A stretch of DNA of 64,000 nucleotides from Raillietiella orientalis (lineage: Eukaryota): positions 3,410,001-3,474,000 of the forward strand of contig JAYWIR010000001.1 of assembly GCA_036172245.1 (NCBI GenBank). The letters are read 5' to 3'. The notes under the pieces are model-generated. The model saw nothing but the letters and a program-made list of their open reading frames with translations, ran no database searches and was not told the DNA's origin. This document shows positions 1-14,399 of the stretch, piece by piece. The stretch's first letter is position 1. Each line of letters begins with the position of its first letter. The position numbers and the translations under genes are program-made.

Positions 1-432
1 AAGAACTGCTCTTTGCTTCTCCTACAGTGTAGAGAACCCCGAAGGGACGCTTTCAAATTTCTGTGAAAGGCGCTGCCCGAAGGGTGCTGCGCGCTTCTTA
101 ACACTCTGGAGAGGCGACCCCCCGAGGAAATATCAACCAGCTTTACGGAACGGCTGCATTTTCAAATCCTGAAGGGCTCTTTGAAGTCCTGGAGTGACCC
201 GGAGGGTCGACTTTCAATCCCAGCCAATCAACGGGGGCATCTGGGGATTTCTGTCTTCCATCGTTACAGCACCTGAACTCTTCAGATCAGTCCGCGTCAT
301 CCACCGGGGGGGAACTCGAAACCCATAACACTGCCCCCATTTCTCGGCGTCAATCCTTCTTCATTGGGGTTCGAACCCGCAACGCTGGGTACCACGCTCG
401 TGGAGACCAAGGCCGTCTACAACGCGGCCGAA
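1..432 (-). mobile_element. Dispersed repeat, probable tRNA-derived SINE (copy 1, cut by the window start)
   Basis: Shares ordered blocks (ccccgaagggacgctt; ctctggagagg; caac(a)gggggcatc; gcgtcatcca..gggggga(a)ctcgaaaccc; cccc(c)atttc) with 8335-8800 and 33850-34245. A B-box-like GGTTCGAACCC lies at ~368-378, in the 5' head on the minus strand. Confidence 0.65.
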
Positions 433-439
433 CTGGTTG

Positions 440-980
440 AAGTGTGGAGGCGAGATCTTTGATCAGGAAGAGTCTGTTTCTGGGGATGCACCCACAACTC
501 TTCACTGGATACCGGGAATTTTTGCCCTGAAGGAAATCCTGATGTTCCAAGCTGTGCGGGGTCCAAAGGTCGGAGCAGAGAGCTCTTGTGTTCTTGGGCG
601 CAAGAGCGCGTGGTCCCCTTGCTTTTCTTCTTCCATCTGTGCGTCTTCTTGCACCCTTCGATCCCAAACTGCATTCTTCCGTTGCAAAAATGAGAGCTCG
701 CCTTCTGGTGCTGGAAACTCAGCGATCCAATTCATCCAGCTGCTCGGATTCCCTAGTGATCAAATACAAAGCCATCCCTCAAAGCACAGCAGCAGAGTGC
801 AACTGTGGAATGCGTTGAATCTCCACGGTCACACTGGATGTGCTGGCACTTGAGAAAACACTCTGTTCTTCGGTGTGCGAGGCCATCTCTTCCGGTGAAC
901 ACTCGATGGATTTCGAGAGACTCAATCTTGGTAGGACGCTTCTGGTGAATCGATCGGCCCACATGACTCATCTGGGTCGC
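440..980 (-). mobile_element. Highly decayed CR1/L2-like LINE ORF2 3' remnant
   Basis: Minus-strand peptides FTRSVLPRL..SIECSP..VEIQR and TFGPRTAWN resemble the RPxLEY..WSP..LERIQR and SFFPRT..WN motifs; frameshifted. Confidence 0.35.
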
Positions 981-3900
981 TTCTTTCCGTTCTTTCGGAT
1001 TCCTCCATTGACGTTTCGCATGAACCTGAAACTACCCCTCAATCCGTTCCCGCTATGGCATCCTTCCCGCTCGCTTCCTTTCCCTGCATCTCGCTCTTCC
1101 TCTTTCTCTTCTCCGTTCACCTGAGATGGCGGAAGGACCACGTCTCATTTTAGGTTCCCATTGTGCTCGTTTCCTCCTGCTCCAAAAATCCCGGATGAGA
1201 TTTTCGCTTTTTGAAATCATCGCTTGATATCCCCGTGCGAAAAAGGTGAGTCCCCATCCTCTGCTTGTCACCCTAGACGACAGCTTCCCTGGAGTACCGC
1301 CGGTTCTCCGACCTTTGTCGTGTGCTTTTCGCACACAGTGAGAGAAGTGAACTCTTCCCTTCTTCAGTCGGTCGGTTTCCTGCTGGCAAAAGAGAAGGCA
1401 CGCACCCTGCGACCTTACTGGTTTGCTCGCATCCCCGTTCGCCATTGTGCTGTCCACTTCTTGCAGACCGTTTGATTAGGAACGTTCGGTTCCGGTCCGT
1501 CCGTACACTCGGCGCTGCTCTTTTCCAAGCGCCTCGAATGCAGAAAAAAGATAAGGAGGAGCATCTCTCAAATAAGCAACGAAAGCGTCTGACCATCGCA
1601 TATTCGAGTGACATTCCAACCCCAGATACGAGCACTGCCGGAGATGTCTATCTTATCTTGGTAGGGCACTGTGATATCGACACGATTCCAAACCAGGATG
1701 ACCTTGGAGTTTCAAATAATGAAGCAGAATGGCTTCAGCACCAACAATTCTAATCATTCCTTGATCCCGCGAGACGAATTCCACTTAGGTACTCTCGGGA
1801 AGACGTGAATCTTCATTCCAAGATGGGAAAAAATCTTACGGTGTGAAATTCAGATCGTACGGTTCTTCAGTTCCACTCTCTGCATTCCTGGTTCTTTTAA
1901 TTCCTTCTCCTCGTGAAGAACCCGGAAAACTGCTCATCTTCACGGATAAGACCAACAGAGAGACCAAAGAGCAAAACTGCTCGTTCTTTAGGCGAGGAAA
2001 GTGTCCGGCAGCTTAAAACGCTGAGCAAGATGCGCTTCCTATTTTTCATCGATGGCGCGCTCAAAGATCCTCTCCTCTCCTGGTAGAAATCAGGAAATGG
2101 AGAAGAAAGGATCTCAAAGATCCTTCGCACCTCTTGAGGATGCGAGGATCAACGAGTACAGCACACACTTTCAACTTCTTTAAAAAGCCTACGAGGTTTA
2201 CAGCGAACTGCAACTCGCATTTTTTTGGTCCTGATGTCGGAAACCGGATGCGCCTCGAAGATGCTTCAAAATAGCCCTTACAGATTCAAAACAGGAAGAT
2301 GTGTTCGATCCATCCGTGTAGCAAAACTGTTTCGGAATTCAGAACTCCAGCAGGTGGGGATGTCTATTAAGATGCATAAGAGAATGGTGTGTTTAGGCTG
2401 GAAGGAGGAGACTAAGAAGGATTCTGGAAAATAACTGAGGTTCTGGTCCGGGAAACGTAAAAAAAGATCAAGGAGGCAAGCAAAACACCATGTAAGCGCT
2501 TACAATCTGAAGAGAGGAAGTTTTTGGCTTAAAGCTCAAGTTCCAGAATGTTTCCAGTTTTCGAATGACGGCCCATGGCCGAAATACCCGGTAGCATTTC
2601 CGGTGATGACAACACAAAGGGCGAGAAGCAAAAGTTGCCTTCGTGATGAGACTGGACGAAGATTGAACGGTGGTATCGAGGGATGCAATCACGGGGATCA
2701 AGAGAGGCCAGCACTCGCTTCTCCTCCGGAGAGAAGGAGAGAGCTGCAAGCCAGAAACACCAAATTCCGCGTCGGTCTGGATGCTCAGGAGCGAAACTGC
2801 ACGAGAGCAAAAGGTGTGGTCTGAACAGCAGAGTGAAAGAACGGCAGCAGATTTCCGATGCCTTACATAAGGAGGCTCCCAGGAATCAAATGGCCTTCAA
2901 GCCTCGAAACAACTCAAGAGAGGCTACGAACAATAAAGAAAACTGTGGTTTCTGAGTGCTCCGTGCTCCGACCACCAAAGAACCCGTAATTCCTCTCTCG
3001 CCACCTCTAACACGAGTGGCTTAGCCACTTCCTGATGGATTCTCAATGATGATGCATGGGTTTCGTGGACCGGAGGGCGTGTTTTCCTTTGAGGCGACCC
3101 AAGAATCTTCTTACGACTGAGGCGGCTGCAAGATCGGATCGGAAAAACAAAGGTGCTTGGCAAGTTCTTCGAGGCTCATTTCGGATGACGCGGATCAGGA
3201 AAAGGGGAGGAAGATGGCCAGAAGATGCTTTTAGCATTCGCTGCATTTGCTTCCCCTCGTCTTTCCCGTTTGGCCTTTGTAGTGCGGGGAGGAAGGGCAG
3301 AGAAGGGCAGAATCGCTTCCTTTGCCACGTTGCCGGAGGACGAAATATTAAGGAAAAGGAGCCCGAGAGCCCCAAGAAAATCTCACTGCCATCCCCTCAT
3401 ATCCCTAGAGAAGTTTGACCTGCTTCCTTTGAGTTGATCGTGATCCCAGAGCAAAAACAATGCACGTCCTAATTCAGAAGAGGGGATCCCCCTTCTGGAT
3501 CCCGCGATGCGCGTTGCCTCCTGACTGGAAATGAAAGACCCTGTTTTCAGCGTCCATCGAATAGGAGGGATGCTCCGCTGAACATTCAGGAGCGCCGCCC
3601 GAAGTCGCTACAAGTGGTCCGCTCCCTTCTTCCTCCCACCATCACTTTTTCTCGCTTCCGCAATCGTTCCTGAGCTCCAGCCTTCCGCGATGGAGTCTCC
3701 GAGTTACTCACCGCTTGCCACAAGGAGGTGCTTCGGTCACACGATTCTCCCTTTCGCGCCAACTCTTCGCCTTCGAGGCACTGAGACTGCAACCTTCTCT
3801 TCACGCAGCAACTCTTCATGAAGAGAAGGCACCAGTTCCTGTCGCTCTTGTCCACTTCCGGAGGGAGCTCCTGAATCTGGCTGCAGTCCTCCCCCATCGT

Positions 3901-5780
3901 CCCCTGCTTCGAGCCCTCACGGCAGCAGTGAGCGTAGAGGTTCAGGGCTTCGGCTGCAATGAAACATCCCCCTTTTCCTTCTTTTTCTTTTTTACTTTCT
4001 ACCCTCATGCTGAGAGGGAACGTCACCATTCTCACAAAGAATTGGGAACGGGGATTCCTGCCGCGCCAGAGAGGGGACGGCGGCACATTACGCGCTAGCG
4101 GCGAGGCTGCGGTGTCGCAAGCAACACTGTCCCTTTCACTCCATCCTCTCGATTCCTTGAAAAGCGACGAATCACGCGAAAATGGCAAAAGTCTGGGTGC
4201 TCCTTCGGGGAATTTGACTCTCGTTGGCCAGCCTGCGCCATCCCAAGGGACTTCCACCTGACCTCCTGATCCCGGACGGCTTGGCTAGAGCTCAGACAAA
4301 GAGCTCGAGTTTGCTACTGCTGCGAACCAAAGAAACGCCAGACAGCGCCTGTCGGGACTGCGGCATCCGTGACGTCACGCAGTGGTCCACACGCGAAAGC
4401 ACCCGCCGAAGGGACGGCTCCTCGCGGACTCGCGTCGGGGGCCGCGGTAACCTCGACCGTCCGATCCTCTCCGCGCTCTTCTCGACAGACGGTGCGCTGC
4501 TTCCTCGGAGGAAACGGCAAGACGCGAGTCCGCGCTTCGAACCCGCACCGGCGGAGCGGGAGATTCCGCCGCCCCGCAACCGTCGCCACTCTGCCGCGGC
4601 GCTCGCCCTGGAGAGCTGCTGCGAAGGCGCTCCACCATCAAGACCCCCCGGTGCCAGAAATCTGACCTCGGCTGCCGAAGCGATTTCCTCTGCCAGCGCT
4701 TTCGCTCTCTGCTCCGTTCCCGCACGGAGAGAATGACGTGTCGACGTTCGGCCTAGGCAGAGGGAGTGGCTAACGAACCGACGAGGATTCGCGTATCCGT
4801 CGCAGCATTCGGATGCGGAGTCCTGCTGACTTTGCCCCTACCTTGATTTCCACTTCCCTCCAGGGCACGAAATTACCCGCCAGGACATGGGATAGTGGTA
4901 GCCGCGCTTCCGAAACCTGGGGATTCGATGACTTGAGGCGCGCGTGGCGTTGTCGGTCCCGGTGAAAAATCCCAAAGCCGGGCGCGCCCGGAGAACAGGA
5001 AAGAAGAGGATGAGGAACGAAAAGGAAAGGAAGGGGGGGGGGGGAACAACCGCTACAAAAGAAGGGAAGCGCGAGGAAATCCAACTTCCCATTTCTATTG
5101 AATGCGAGAACAGGCTCGGTCCGAGAGGAAGCCTCGCAGACCGTCGAAGGCCAGCAGAACTCCTCCTCTTCCTGCCTCCCCTTTCCTGACTGAGGAATTC
5201 TGCTCTTCGACCACTGCTCCACCACTTCCTTGAGAGGTGGAATTCGCGCGATGGACCCCCGAGCGCTCCTTTGCGGAACAAGCGTGAGCGCGTGGGGGCG
5301 GCGGGCCACGGGCGACGGCTTCCTGGGCGCGCGCTCACGAAGCGAAAGGCACGCCTCCCTCCCTCCTCCCCGCAAGTTCCCAAGTCCCCTCCCGGGAGGA
5401 AATGAGGCGGATTATCTGTGGAGAGCCCGGACCCCTTCGCGAACTCGACTCCAGCGGGTCCAGCGGAAGCGCTGCCCGCCTCCCGTCTCTCTCCTTCTCG
5501 GGGAAGGAAGAGGGGGAGGGGGGAGGAAAGCCGCGGATGAGTCCGCAAGAAAGGGAAGGACTTTTTTTCCATTGGGAGGAGACCCTCATGTTCGGGCACG
5601 CGAGGCAAGCGAAAAGGACATCTACGTGACACATACCGGACAGGGTCAGCATCCATATCGCCGAAGCGGAAGCAAGGAGACAGCACGTCCTCAGCTCGAG
5701 CATTGCTGTTCCTGTCCGCAGGAGAGGCAGCGTGACACTAAAGGCGTTCCATGGCTTTTCTTGTTCTTTTTCTTCTTCCC

Positions 5781-5810
5781 TCTTCTTCTTCTTCTTCTTC
5801 TTCTTCTTCT
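5781..5810. repeat. (CTT)n microsatellite
   Basis: Direct reading; about 9-10 units. Confidence 0.95.
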
Positions 5811-6599
5811 CTCTTCGACTGTTTGGGTCTTATCAAAGGAGACTTATCTGGGAGATTATCTGTCTAAACTCGAACTGAAGATTATCCCGACACCACTCGA
5901 ATCCATTGACGGCGTCCCGACGAAACCCATCAACTCGTCGCCCGCCGCAGAACTGGCCGCTCGCCCTCCGTCGCGGGGAATTCCCTCCTCCCCGTCTGGC
6001 TGTCCACGAAGCTGCCCGTCCGACTACGGAAGTGGGAGCGCGGGGATGCACGAGAGCCGTCGCTGCCGATCCCGCTCGATTCCTTCCTCCTCCCGGACGA
6101 CTTCCAGCAGCGCCTATCGCTCCTCCTCCTTCTCCTTCCCCCTCCTTCCGTCTCTCTCTCTCTCGTGGGCTGCCTTCCGGAGGAACGTTCCACCGCCGCC
6201 TGGCCCACGCACCCTTCCCGCCAGCGACGGCGCGCAAAAGCAAACAGCACTGAAGAGGCAGAGCGTTCGGGCATCCGTTCTACGGAGACGAACCGCGGCC
6301 GGAGCGCGACCGGGAGCTGATGGGGCTCGACGCAGACGGCGACGCCCACGGCGAAAACGGAATGCGGGCGGCGGCGCTCGCTCGCGGTGCTTGCAGGAGA
6401 CTGGGGGTTTGCCTCCCAGCGAAGCCATGGACAAGCGACCATCCGGGACTTCGTTTCCCATAAGGGGTCAGTTCCTGAGTTCCGGTAGAGAACATCTCCT
6501 GGGGCGGGATGTCTGGCGGAGATTAGGAAACTGTGTGCTCTGAAAATGCTTGAGACGTGATCCTGGCTTGGACCCTGGTTGGCGAGCACGTTCTCGTGG

Positions 6600-7730
6600 C
6601 TAAGCCGCTCTAAGGCTAAGACCAGCTCTAAGGATGCGAAAACGGGGCAGCGAACTCGGAGTCTTGAAGCTCGAAAACCTGAAGCCCGAAGGACAGCCCC
6701 GGCGGCATAGTTTTGGAGCGTCTGCTAGTGCGGGCCATCCCGGATCCCGGCCAAGCGAGCAGCCAGCTCGAAAAGATTGACCACGGTCCTCGCTTACAGC
6801 CATCGAGGACTGCTCGCTATGCAGCTGTCAGTTTCGGCAGATGGTTGCCTTGGCTCGGGACCATGCTTGGATATCTCCTGCTTGCCGACGAACTGTAGTA
6901 TCTGGAAGCAGAAAGATGCTCAGAAGATGACGGCGCGACCCTGCAGTACGTCTGCAGCACTCCGGTTGCGCTCGCTGCTTGCTGAAGGACATGGTGGACT
7001 GTTCGGGGAAGGCCCTGTGGTCCCAGCAAACCCCTCTTGCTGCTACGCTCGTCCCCTTGGGATGCTGGACGACGTGTCAGCTGGCTGACGCTTCCATCCC
7101 CTCCTCCCTCTCTCCAAAGGACTTCTTCTCTGGACGGATCTCCCTGGAATCCAGATGGAGGAAGTGTAGGTTCCTGCGGCCCCATGCTTTCCCATGCTTC
7201 CTCTGAAGAGGCAGAACTCGGCGTTGCGACTGCCGCATCGGGTCATCCCATGCAGTGCGCTCCTCCAGCACTCGACTAGGGAAAGTGAGGCTCCAGAGTG
7301 GGGCAGGTGCGACGAAAGGGAAACCTTGCCGCACCTCCTTTTGGAGTTCGCTGCCCATCGATGTGTGCGGGGACGTTTCACCACGTCTCTGAACCTCATT
7401 CAGACCTTCACTTTGCGTGGCAAGATGTCTCCTGCCTCGGCGACGAGCGCAGCTTTGTGCTCCTTCTGCGGGATTCGAGCGGCTGGAAGCTTCGACAGCA
7501 AAGGTCAGAACAGCAGAGAAGCCTCCTCCTTCGTCTTCTCGTTCCTAAGGATGGCGACGAGAAGGCTGCGCCTGAATCTCAGCCGGGAGGAACTTGCCGG
7601 CATCCTTGAGAGGATGTAGAGGTCACCAGTAAGCAGTACAAAATGTTCCTTTACTCCCCAGACATCTTAGTGCTTTTTTTGTTTCGTATTTATTTATTGA
7701 CTTTTTTTGTTTTGTTTCTTTCCCTTCCCC
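6600..7730 (+). mobile_element. Decayed L1/Tx1-like LINE 3' end
   Basis: GRCDERETLPHLLLEF is a degenerate zf-RVT CCHC. Nucleotide similarity to 19600-20050 (caggtgcg...ggaa.cc.t.ccgcacct; ggatgtagagg; T-rich tail). The 5' boundary is approximate. Confidence 0.65.
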
Positions 7731-8334
7731 CTAATTTCCTTGTGCTGACCTCTTCCAGCGGCTCTTCTGGCTACGAGCAGGGACCTCCTCCGGAACATGC
7801 GGAAGTGGTGGCACTGCACTGCCACCACGCGCTTTATTGAATGACTTTTTGCTGAAATTTGCATTTCTTACAATAAACACCCTGGCGTGACCGGGTGAAA
7901 ATGGGACAGGAGCGAAGGAACAAAGGTCGGAAACAAAAGACCAGAGAGGTGAGCTCCTTCTCTCGACTTCTGGAGTCTTTCCTGTAACACGATATGCCCT
8001 GATGCGTTTCCATGATGGAAAGGCTTGAGTCTCCCATCATGGGAACAGAAAGAGAGAGAGAGAGGAGGAGTAGCTTCTGAAACGTTGCCTGGAGACTCAT
8101 CATCCCCTGTGAGAATAGGGGAGGGGCGAAGCTACAAGAACAAGCACCCTCTCGAACTGGCATCGATGTTAGAAATCGGCAAAAAAACGTCCATCACCCT
8201 ATAAATCCAGGAAAGGCTCCGGAGGAAGGGATCCGTCCCTCTCACGCTGGGTGGGAGGGAACCTCAAAGGGAACCACTTCCTCATTCTCTCCGGAGGGAT
8301 CTCTTCTAGAATTTCTTCTCTGGAGGAAACCAGC

Positions 8335-8800
8335 AAGGGAACTGCTCCTTGTTTCTCCTCCTCCGAAGAGGGACCCCGAAGGGACGCTTCCCGATTTCCC
8401 TGGAGGGCACTCCCAGATGGGAGCAGCGCGCTCCTTGATATTCTGGAGAGGTGTCTGTACACCAGCTCCATGGTACGAGATGAAAGGGGTCCTCCTTCCC
8501 CACCCCCCAGGGGAAAGGCTCCATGTTCACAAACGGAGGGGAACCCTGAAGGTAAGCCGACTCCTTGATTCCTAGAGGGACCCCGAAGGCTCAACTTTCA
8601 AATCCCTGCCATCCAACAGGGGGCATCCGGAGATTTCCGGCTTCCATCAATGCCACACCCACACTCAAAAAGGCCGACTGGCGTCATCCAGCAGGGGGGA
8701 CTCGAAACCCCACGACGCAACCCCCGTTTCTGGCGTCGATCCTTCCTCGTGCGGGATTCCAACCCATGACGCCTGGTGCTACGCACGGAGAAACCGCAGC
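8335..8800 (-). mobile_element. Dispersed repeat, probable SINE (copy 2)
   Basis: Colinear similarity to 1-432 (gaactgctc...ccccgaagggacgctt...caacagggggcatc...ggggggactcgaaacccc). Confidence 0.7.
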
Positions 8801-11800
8801 CACAGGGCTGCCCATGCGGGCATTTTGCTGGCGTTCTAGTGCCTTGCTAAGGACCAAATTTTCCGGAGCGGAACTTTGGTCTCGAGGGCGCGGACGACCT
8901 GAAGAGTCACTTCGTGAGGATTTGCATTTCGTAGAGGTGCAGAAGAGTGATCGAAGCGGAGCTGCTCAGCCAAAAAGAATTTGCCGACGCGTCTGCGGCT
9001 GCTGAGACCATTCTTCCTCGATACAGGAGCAGGTGTGGGCATGGAAGGAGATGAAGGAACGTTTTTTTTTTTTTTTTCTTGCTCATCCCACGATCATCCC
9101 GATCTCAGGATGCGACGAGGGGTTCCTTTCGTGACGTGCGCCTCTTCACATGCAAATCGGCTTGCTGTTACGAAATCGGATTCCCTCGCTGTGACTTTGC
9201 TGCGCCCTCCTCCCGAACAAGCAAATGCTTCAAATACGGGATCCGTGTCGCCCGTGGGAGCGCGCGTGTTTTTTTCCCGTCTCTGTTCCGCAATCCTCGC
9301 GAAGTCGCTCCTGTCGCGCACCGCGGTCTTCATCTCTCCGTTCGACTTCGTCGGATGCGTTCTTGCGTTGGATCAACTGACGCTTCCACACTGATCATTT
9401 TTGCCCTAGTGCCTTTCACAGGGTGGCTGCTTCGCCCGGAGGAGAGCTCGCCAAGGATGCCAAAACGCGGACTGCGTGAGATTTCCGAGCCTGCCGGCGT
9501 GCCTGCCTCCAGAGCACGACGTGTTCTTTCATCGTCTTACTAGAGCCGAGAACCCATATCAGCTCCTTCCGCATCGTCCACTTCTGCTTCTTGTGAAGTG
9601 GCTTCTAGGGTGAACTTTACTTTGATCTCCGATCCGAGTAGATGGGATGCGGTGTGATGCTACCGTCTGTCTTTCTGTGTGGCAGTGATGCACGGCTCGC
9701 TCGAATGTGCCGCGATGAGAACTGGCAAGCCTGCGAGGCGCGCGAAATCCCACGACAATGTTCGGGTTTCGTAGGTCTGTCAGGAGGTCCTCAATGTCCG
9801 CCACCCTTAGAGCGTGCCCCTATACATCCGATTCCGGACTTCAGATTACCCGGAAAGCAGGATCGTGCGATCGGGCTGAAGAACATCCGGCTCCGCTTTC
9901 GTTGCAGACGAAGCTCTCCGTGGTCTCGGTTTGAACATTTTCTTCATGGCTCGTTAGCTGCGAGCTCAAAGAACGAGTCTAAAGCTCCTTCCGATGGCTC
10001 ACCAATCACTCTCATGGGCTGTGCTGATTCTCTCGGCGTACATCTGGTAGCAGAAGCGGCGAAGAGTTCGACGTTGACAAGAACAGAGGGCAGCAGTGAA
10101 GCCGCCTTTCTCACTGGGTTTTGGTTTTCTCTCTATTCCGTCACGAGGGAGCTTTCCAGGTCCTCCTTTCAATTGCCTTATTATTATCCAGCAAATAGAA
10201 AGATCTGGAACACCACATTGTTCGTCCTAGGACATCGCCTGCTCCATGCCTCTTGGTGTATCCCTGTGGACCAGGCTGGGTCAAATTGGTCAAAAAGAAA
10301 GTGGAATTTTTTTCATTTTCCTTGAAAAATTTGTCGACATCCTTTCTTGAGCTCCACCCAATCCCTGCATTCGTTGAGTATCCAACAGTCACGAGTGTGT
10401 GCTGTTAGTGGAATTGAAGTGTGTGTGTGTTTTGAATCACCAGTGGATCTGCTTGAACGTCGAACCCGATGGAAATCTCAAGCTCCCCTCGTGCAAGAAA
10501 AGCGTTTCATCATGGAAACCATCGAGCCAGATGTGCAAATTTTTCGTTTTTCTCTCTCAGAGAGCCTCCAAAGTTCGCAAGCATTGCAAGCTTTGCGACG
10601 CTTTCCTCTGTCATCCCGAACGGAACGGAGGACGGATTCGCCGACTGCGGGTGTTTGATCTGTGAACTGCAACTTCTGCCTCGTTAACCATCCCCATGGC
10701 TCAGCGAGAGGGTTGGACACCGCCGTGGATGCTGCAAGGATCCGCAGCTATCGATCAGCTTTGCCTTTACCGAGTTACTCGGTGATTCATTGATGGTTCG
10801 GCATGAATCCTCCCTCCCTCCGTCCCTGCGAATTCCAAGAACTCTCTACTTCCACGACAGGGTTCAGGTATCAGTAAGAGAACTCGTGGTGAGCTCCCTG
10901 CAACTCTGTAGTCCGAGAGACCACGAGGTGCTGAAGATTACTCTCGGAGGCGAGGGAAATATATATCACATTTGTCGTTTTTATTATCATCTTTTTCGTG
11001 TCATATTGAAGAGACACAGTTCCTCAAGGAAAAGATGATTATTAAAATACCAAAAACATGCTCATGCAAAGCTGTTTTATCAAACGACGTCACTTTAAGC
11101 ACTCAAGGGAGGAGGTGATGCGTTCTCACATCCAGCGTGCTCATCGTGTATAGCATCAGATGCATTCGGTTGAGCCACCGGACCTCATATGTGACCCAGA
11201 TCGCTCCACAGGAATACATCGAGAAACCAAGGGGAAGTCATGCCCTGGAATGAACAGTATGATGTTCCAGAATTTGTTGGATATTTCTATTTGTTGGATA
11301 ATAAGTAAGGACTTGAAAGTTACAAATGCACATACGTAGCACTCTTGACATGCTGCCTGTGTAAGCGTCTTTCATCAAAAGATAATGCTGATCTCAGATG
11401 TGGGGGAATGTGTGGTAGGCCCCAATTACTGAGTCAACAAAGCGACCATGAAAATCGGAAGTAGCTTAAATCAAGAGAGTTATCCAGAAACGGCTGAAAG
11501 CTCATACCTTATAGCCTGTCTATTCCAGGAATGGAATCGAAGCTCGAGCTGCTCCTAGGAGATGGAAGAGTGATCGCTCGGGAAGTAGCATGCCCTTCAA
11601 GAGCTCAGTGGAAACTCCAGAAGAGCCAAGAGAGCGGCAGGAGCAAGCAAATGTCGGAGGTTGATCCTACTTAGCTCTCGAAAGGAGTGTCTGAGAAGGA
11701 CTGTTTCTGCTTCCTTGAAGTCATGGAAGCTCAGTAAACGGCTAAGTGAAGAAGGAAACGGAACCACACCGGGAAAGAAATGATGTTCTTGAACTTACCA

Positions 11801-14399
11801 ATACTCCATCGACAAATGCTAGAAACTCTGGTTTGGTCACCAGACGTGGTAAGCAAACCCTGAGCGAATCACACACCCTTCCTGAGAACTTCATGGAAGG
11901 AAGGGTCTTATCAGGGAGGGGATGGCGGAAAAAATCTCCCTCATCATTTGCCTGTCTTTCTCGTGAAAACGAACCGTACACAGCCAAACGAACCGTACAC
12001 GTCAGCAGATGCCACGCTGCAGGATTCTGCAATCCTCCAAAAGTCCAAGAAGATTTGCCATCGATTCTGCTGGCGTGGATCGGATCGCTTTGGGCGTCTA
12101 TTAAGGCACTTGGTAAAGTATTCGAAAATCATACAAGTTCTTTATCTCAGGAGGACAGCGTCCAGACGAACTGGAGTTTGCCAGTAAGCGGAAAGAGTTT
12201 TGCCAAGAACTACCGTTCCTCGTTCCCCTGAACCTAATCTCGAAGAGCCCGAAATGCAAGCCCACTCTCCAGAAAATCCTTGTTTTCTCTCTTCTCGAGA
12301 ACTAACAAGAATGTGAAAGTGCTTCTACGGCTATATCTGTAGGCTGCTGGTGTCCGTTTGTCCACTGCTGAGCGATGGATTCGTCAGCGACTGTATCAGT
12401 CTGTCCAGGCATCGAGGGCAGATACACATCCTCCAGATTCGATTTTTCATTGCTCCCTCTTCTGTCATTTCTGGAGCGTGAACAGAGGTGACTGCGAATG
12501 ATACAAAAGCGACTTTGTACTTAGTGAGGTGTCAAGAGTTCTTGGACTTGCAACGGTCAGTTTGTTCCGCAGTGTTTGGCGTCTGCGTTCACCTTGAGAG
12601 CCCACGAGCGCTCCGACCAACTTATGTCGAGACGCATCTTCAGCATCCGCATCTTCCGAGGGTGCCCGTCTCTTTCTCTTTGCAGGAACACGTCCCAAAA
12701 GGTGCAGGCGAAATTTCGTGATTTCGAGCGGTGCTGAGTCGAGGGGACTTCGCAGGAAAGTAGAACAGGTCAAACGAGGATCTCTTTTTTGGATCTCCCT
12801 CTTGCTCTCTCAGATACGCGCCGAGGTTCCTGGAGACACACGGAACATGGAAGATTCCTGGAGTTTTCAAGGGAACGCAGCTCTTCGCAGAGAGCCCTCG
12901 GTTCTCTGAAGGGGTTACGGGAGCTTTTCGTGCTTCGCTTCGTCGTGTTAACCGCAAGTCGCGCAACTTCATATTCCGCAGGGAAGTGAGGGAAACCTGG
13001 CAGGGAGGAAGGCGAATGAGAGGTGCCATTCCCCAGGAAGCTCTTTGCTGTTGTTTGCTTGCTCCGTGTTTTCCTTCCTGCCGTACTTTCACGAGCACGA
13101 AAACAGCTCATGGTCATCCGATATCTTTGCGGCAACCTTGCTGCGGGGAAACAGTGGGGGAGCATCCGATGTGCCTGCGCGCTTCCAGCAGCCTTCCCAC
13201 TGCCGAGAAAGAAGCATTGCGTGATTTGCTTCGGGTTCCTATGGATCCAGAAGAGTGGACGTTTTTCACTTCCGCGCGCGCCAATCATCTGAGGGAAAAT
13301 TCTTGGGGAAGAATCCGTGGATCTGAGCCACAGATCGTTCCGCTACGCCTTGAGGCCATTTCCATATCACGGAAGAGAACGATCGCATGCCGTGCTTCTC
13401 GAGGTCTCGAACGCTCCAAGACTTCGTCGGTGGGATTTCCGACAAAGACGGAGGCAGGCGTCGCCTCCTATGGTAACCCCGATGACCACCTCAAGGACTG
13501 ACGGCCCGCATCTGGAAGTTGCCTCGGCTCCTTCCACGCGGTTCCCTGGCGACTGCTCCTGAAAACGCTTTCTTACGCGGTCTCTGTTGTCCGTCCTCGC
13601 CGTGGCGGGATTTCTTCTCCGTGCACGTCCCGTGCGGGTTGCCTTGTGATTAGTGAACCTCGTGCGGCGGACCTGCAAACTGCCACAGTGAATTCCGCTG
13701 ATCTGTTCGTCTGTCCCCGCAGCACCCTCAGTTCCCTGTGGCGCTCGCTCGCTGCAGCTAGTTCGAGAGCGAGGTTCCAGTTCGGGAGAGCCATCGCGCC
13801 CATGTGCGTGTGGATCGAAGTGGGGAAGCTTGTCCCGAACGCCAGTGGATGCGGCGAGCTACCACGGGGCATTGCCGCGCGCATCCCGAACGACCCCCTC
13901 TTGAGCGAAGTTGGCGGTCCCGAGCATGCAATTCTTCCAGCTGGCGCCCGCCATGTCGGTTTTCCCTCCCGGACACGAGCTTTCGCTCGATCTGGCTGTC
14001 GTGACTTTCACCACCGCTGCTGTTCGCGCCGGCGGGAGAGGACTTCGGAATCCAGGAGGGAAACTGCTGTGCTTTGTTGATATCCGCGATTTAATGAGAG
14101 AGATGATAAACAGCTTCGAGATGTTCCTCGAAGCGGGCGCACGGGGAGGGAGCTACTCCAGGCGGAAGAACACGATAAAATTCCTCCTGTGGGTTTGAGC
14201 TTCTTTCTTTCTTGGTCCCCCCACGCGCCGTTGCTTTGAGGAGAAGAACGCTCCGTTCAACGCGCCGGGGCTGCTGGCAGCAGAGGGGGATCCAGAATGT
14301 GTTGGCGTGCCCAGGGGTGTCCTTGGACCTCGTGGGGACTTCGGATCATTTTTTATGCAAAGTCCCTTATTTACATCTCTGCGATTGTGCATTCGGGCC

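Noticed and set aside
340-432. tRNA gene suggested by GGTTCGAACCC
   Set aside because: No convincing cloverleaf or acceptor stem; it belongs to a dispersed repeat, so it is better read as a SINE head.
9550-13600. Further LINE remnants (PGPQG at ~10250 on the minus strand; possible zf-RVT at ~13470)
   Set aside because: Motifs are too degraded to set boundaries or clade by eye.
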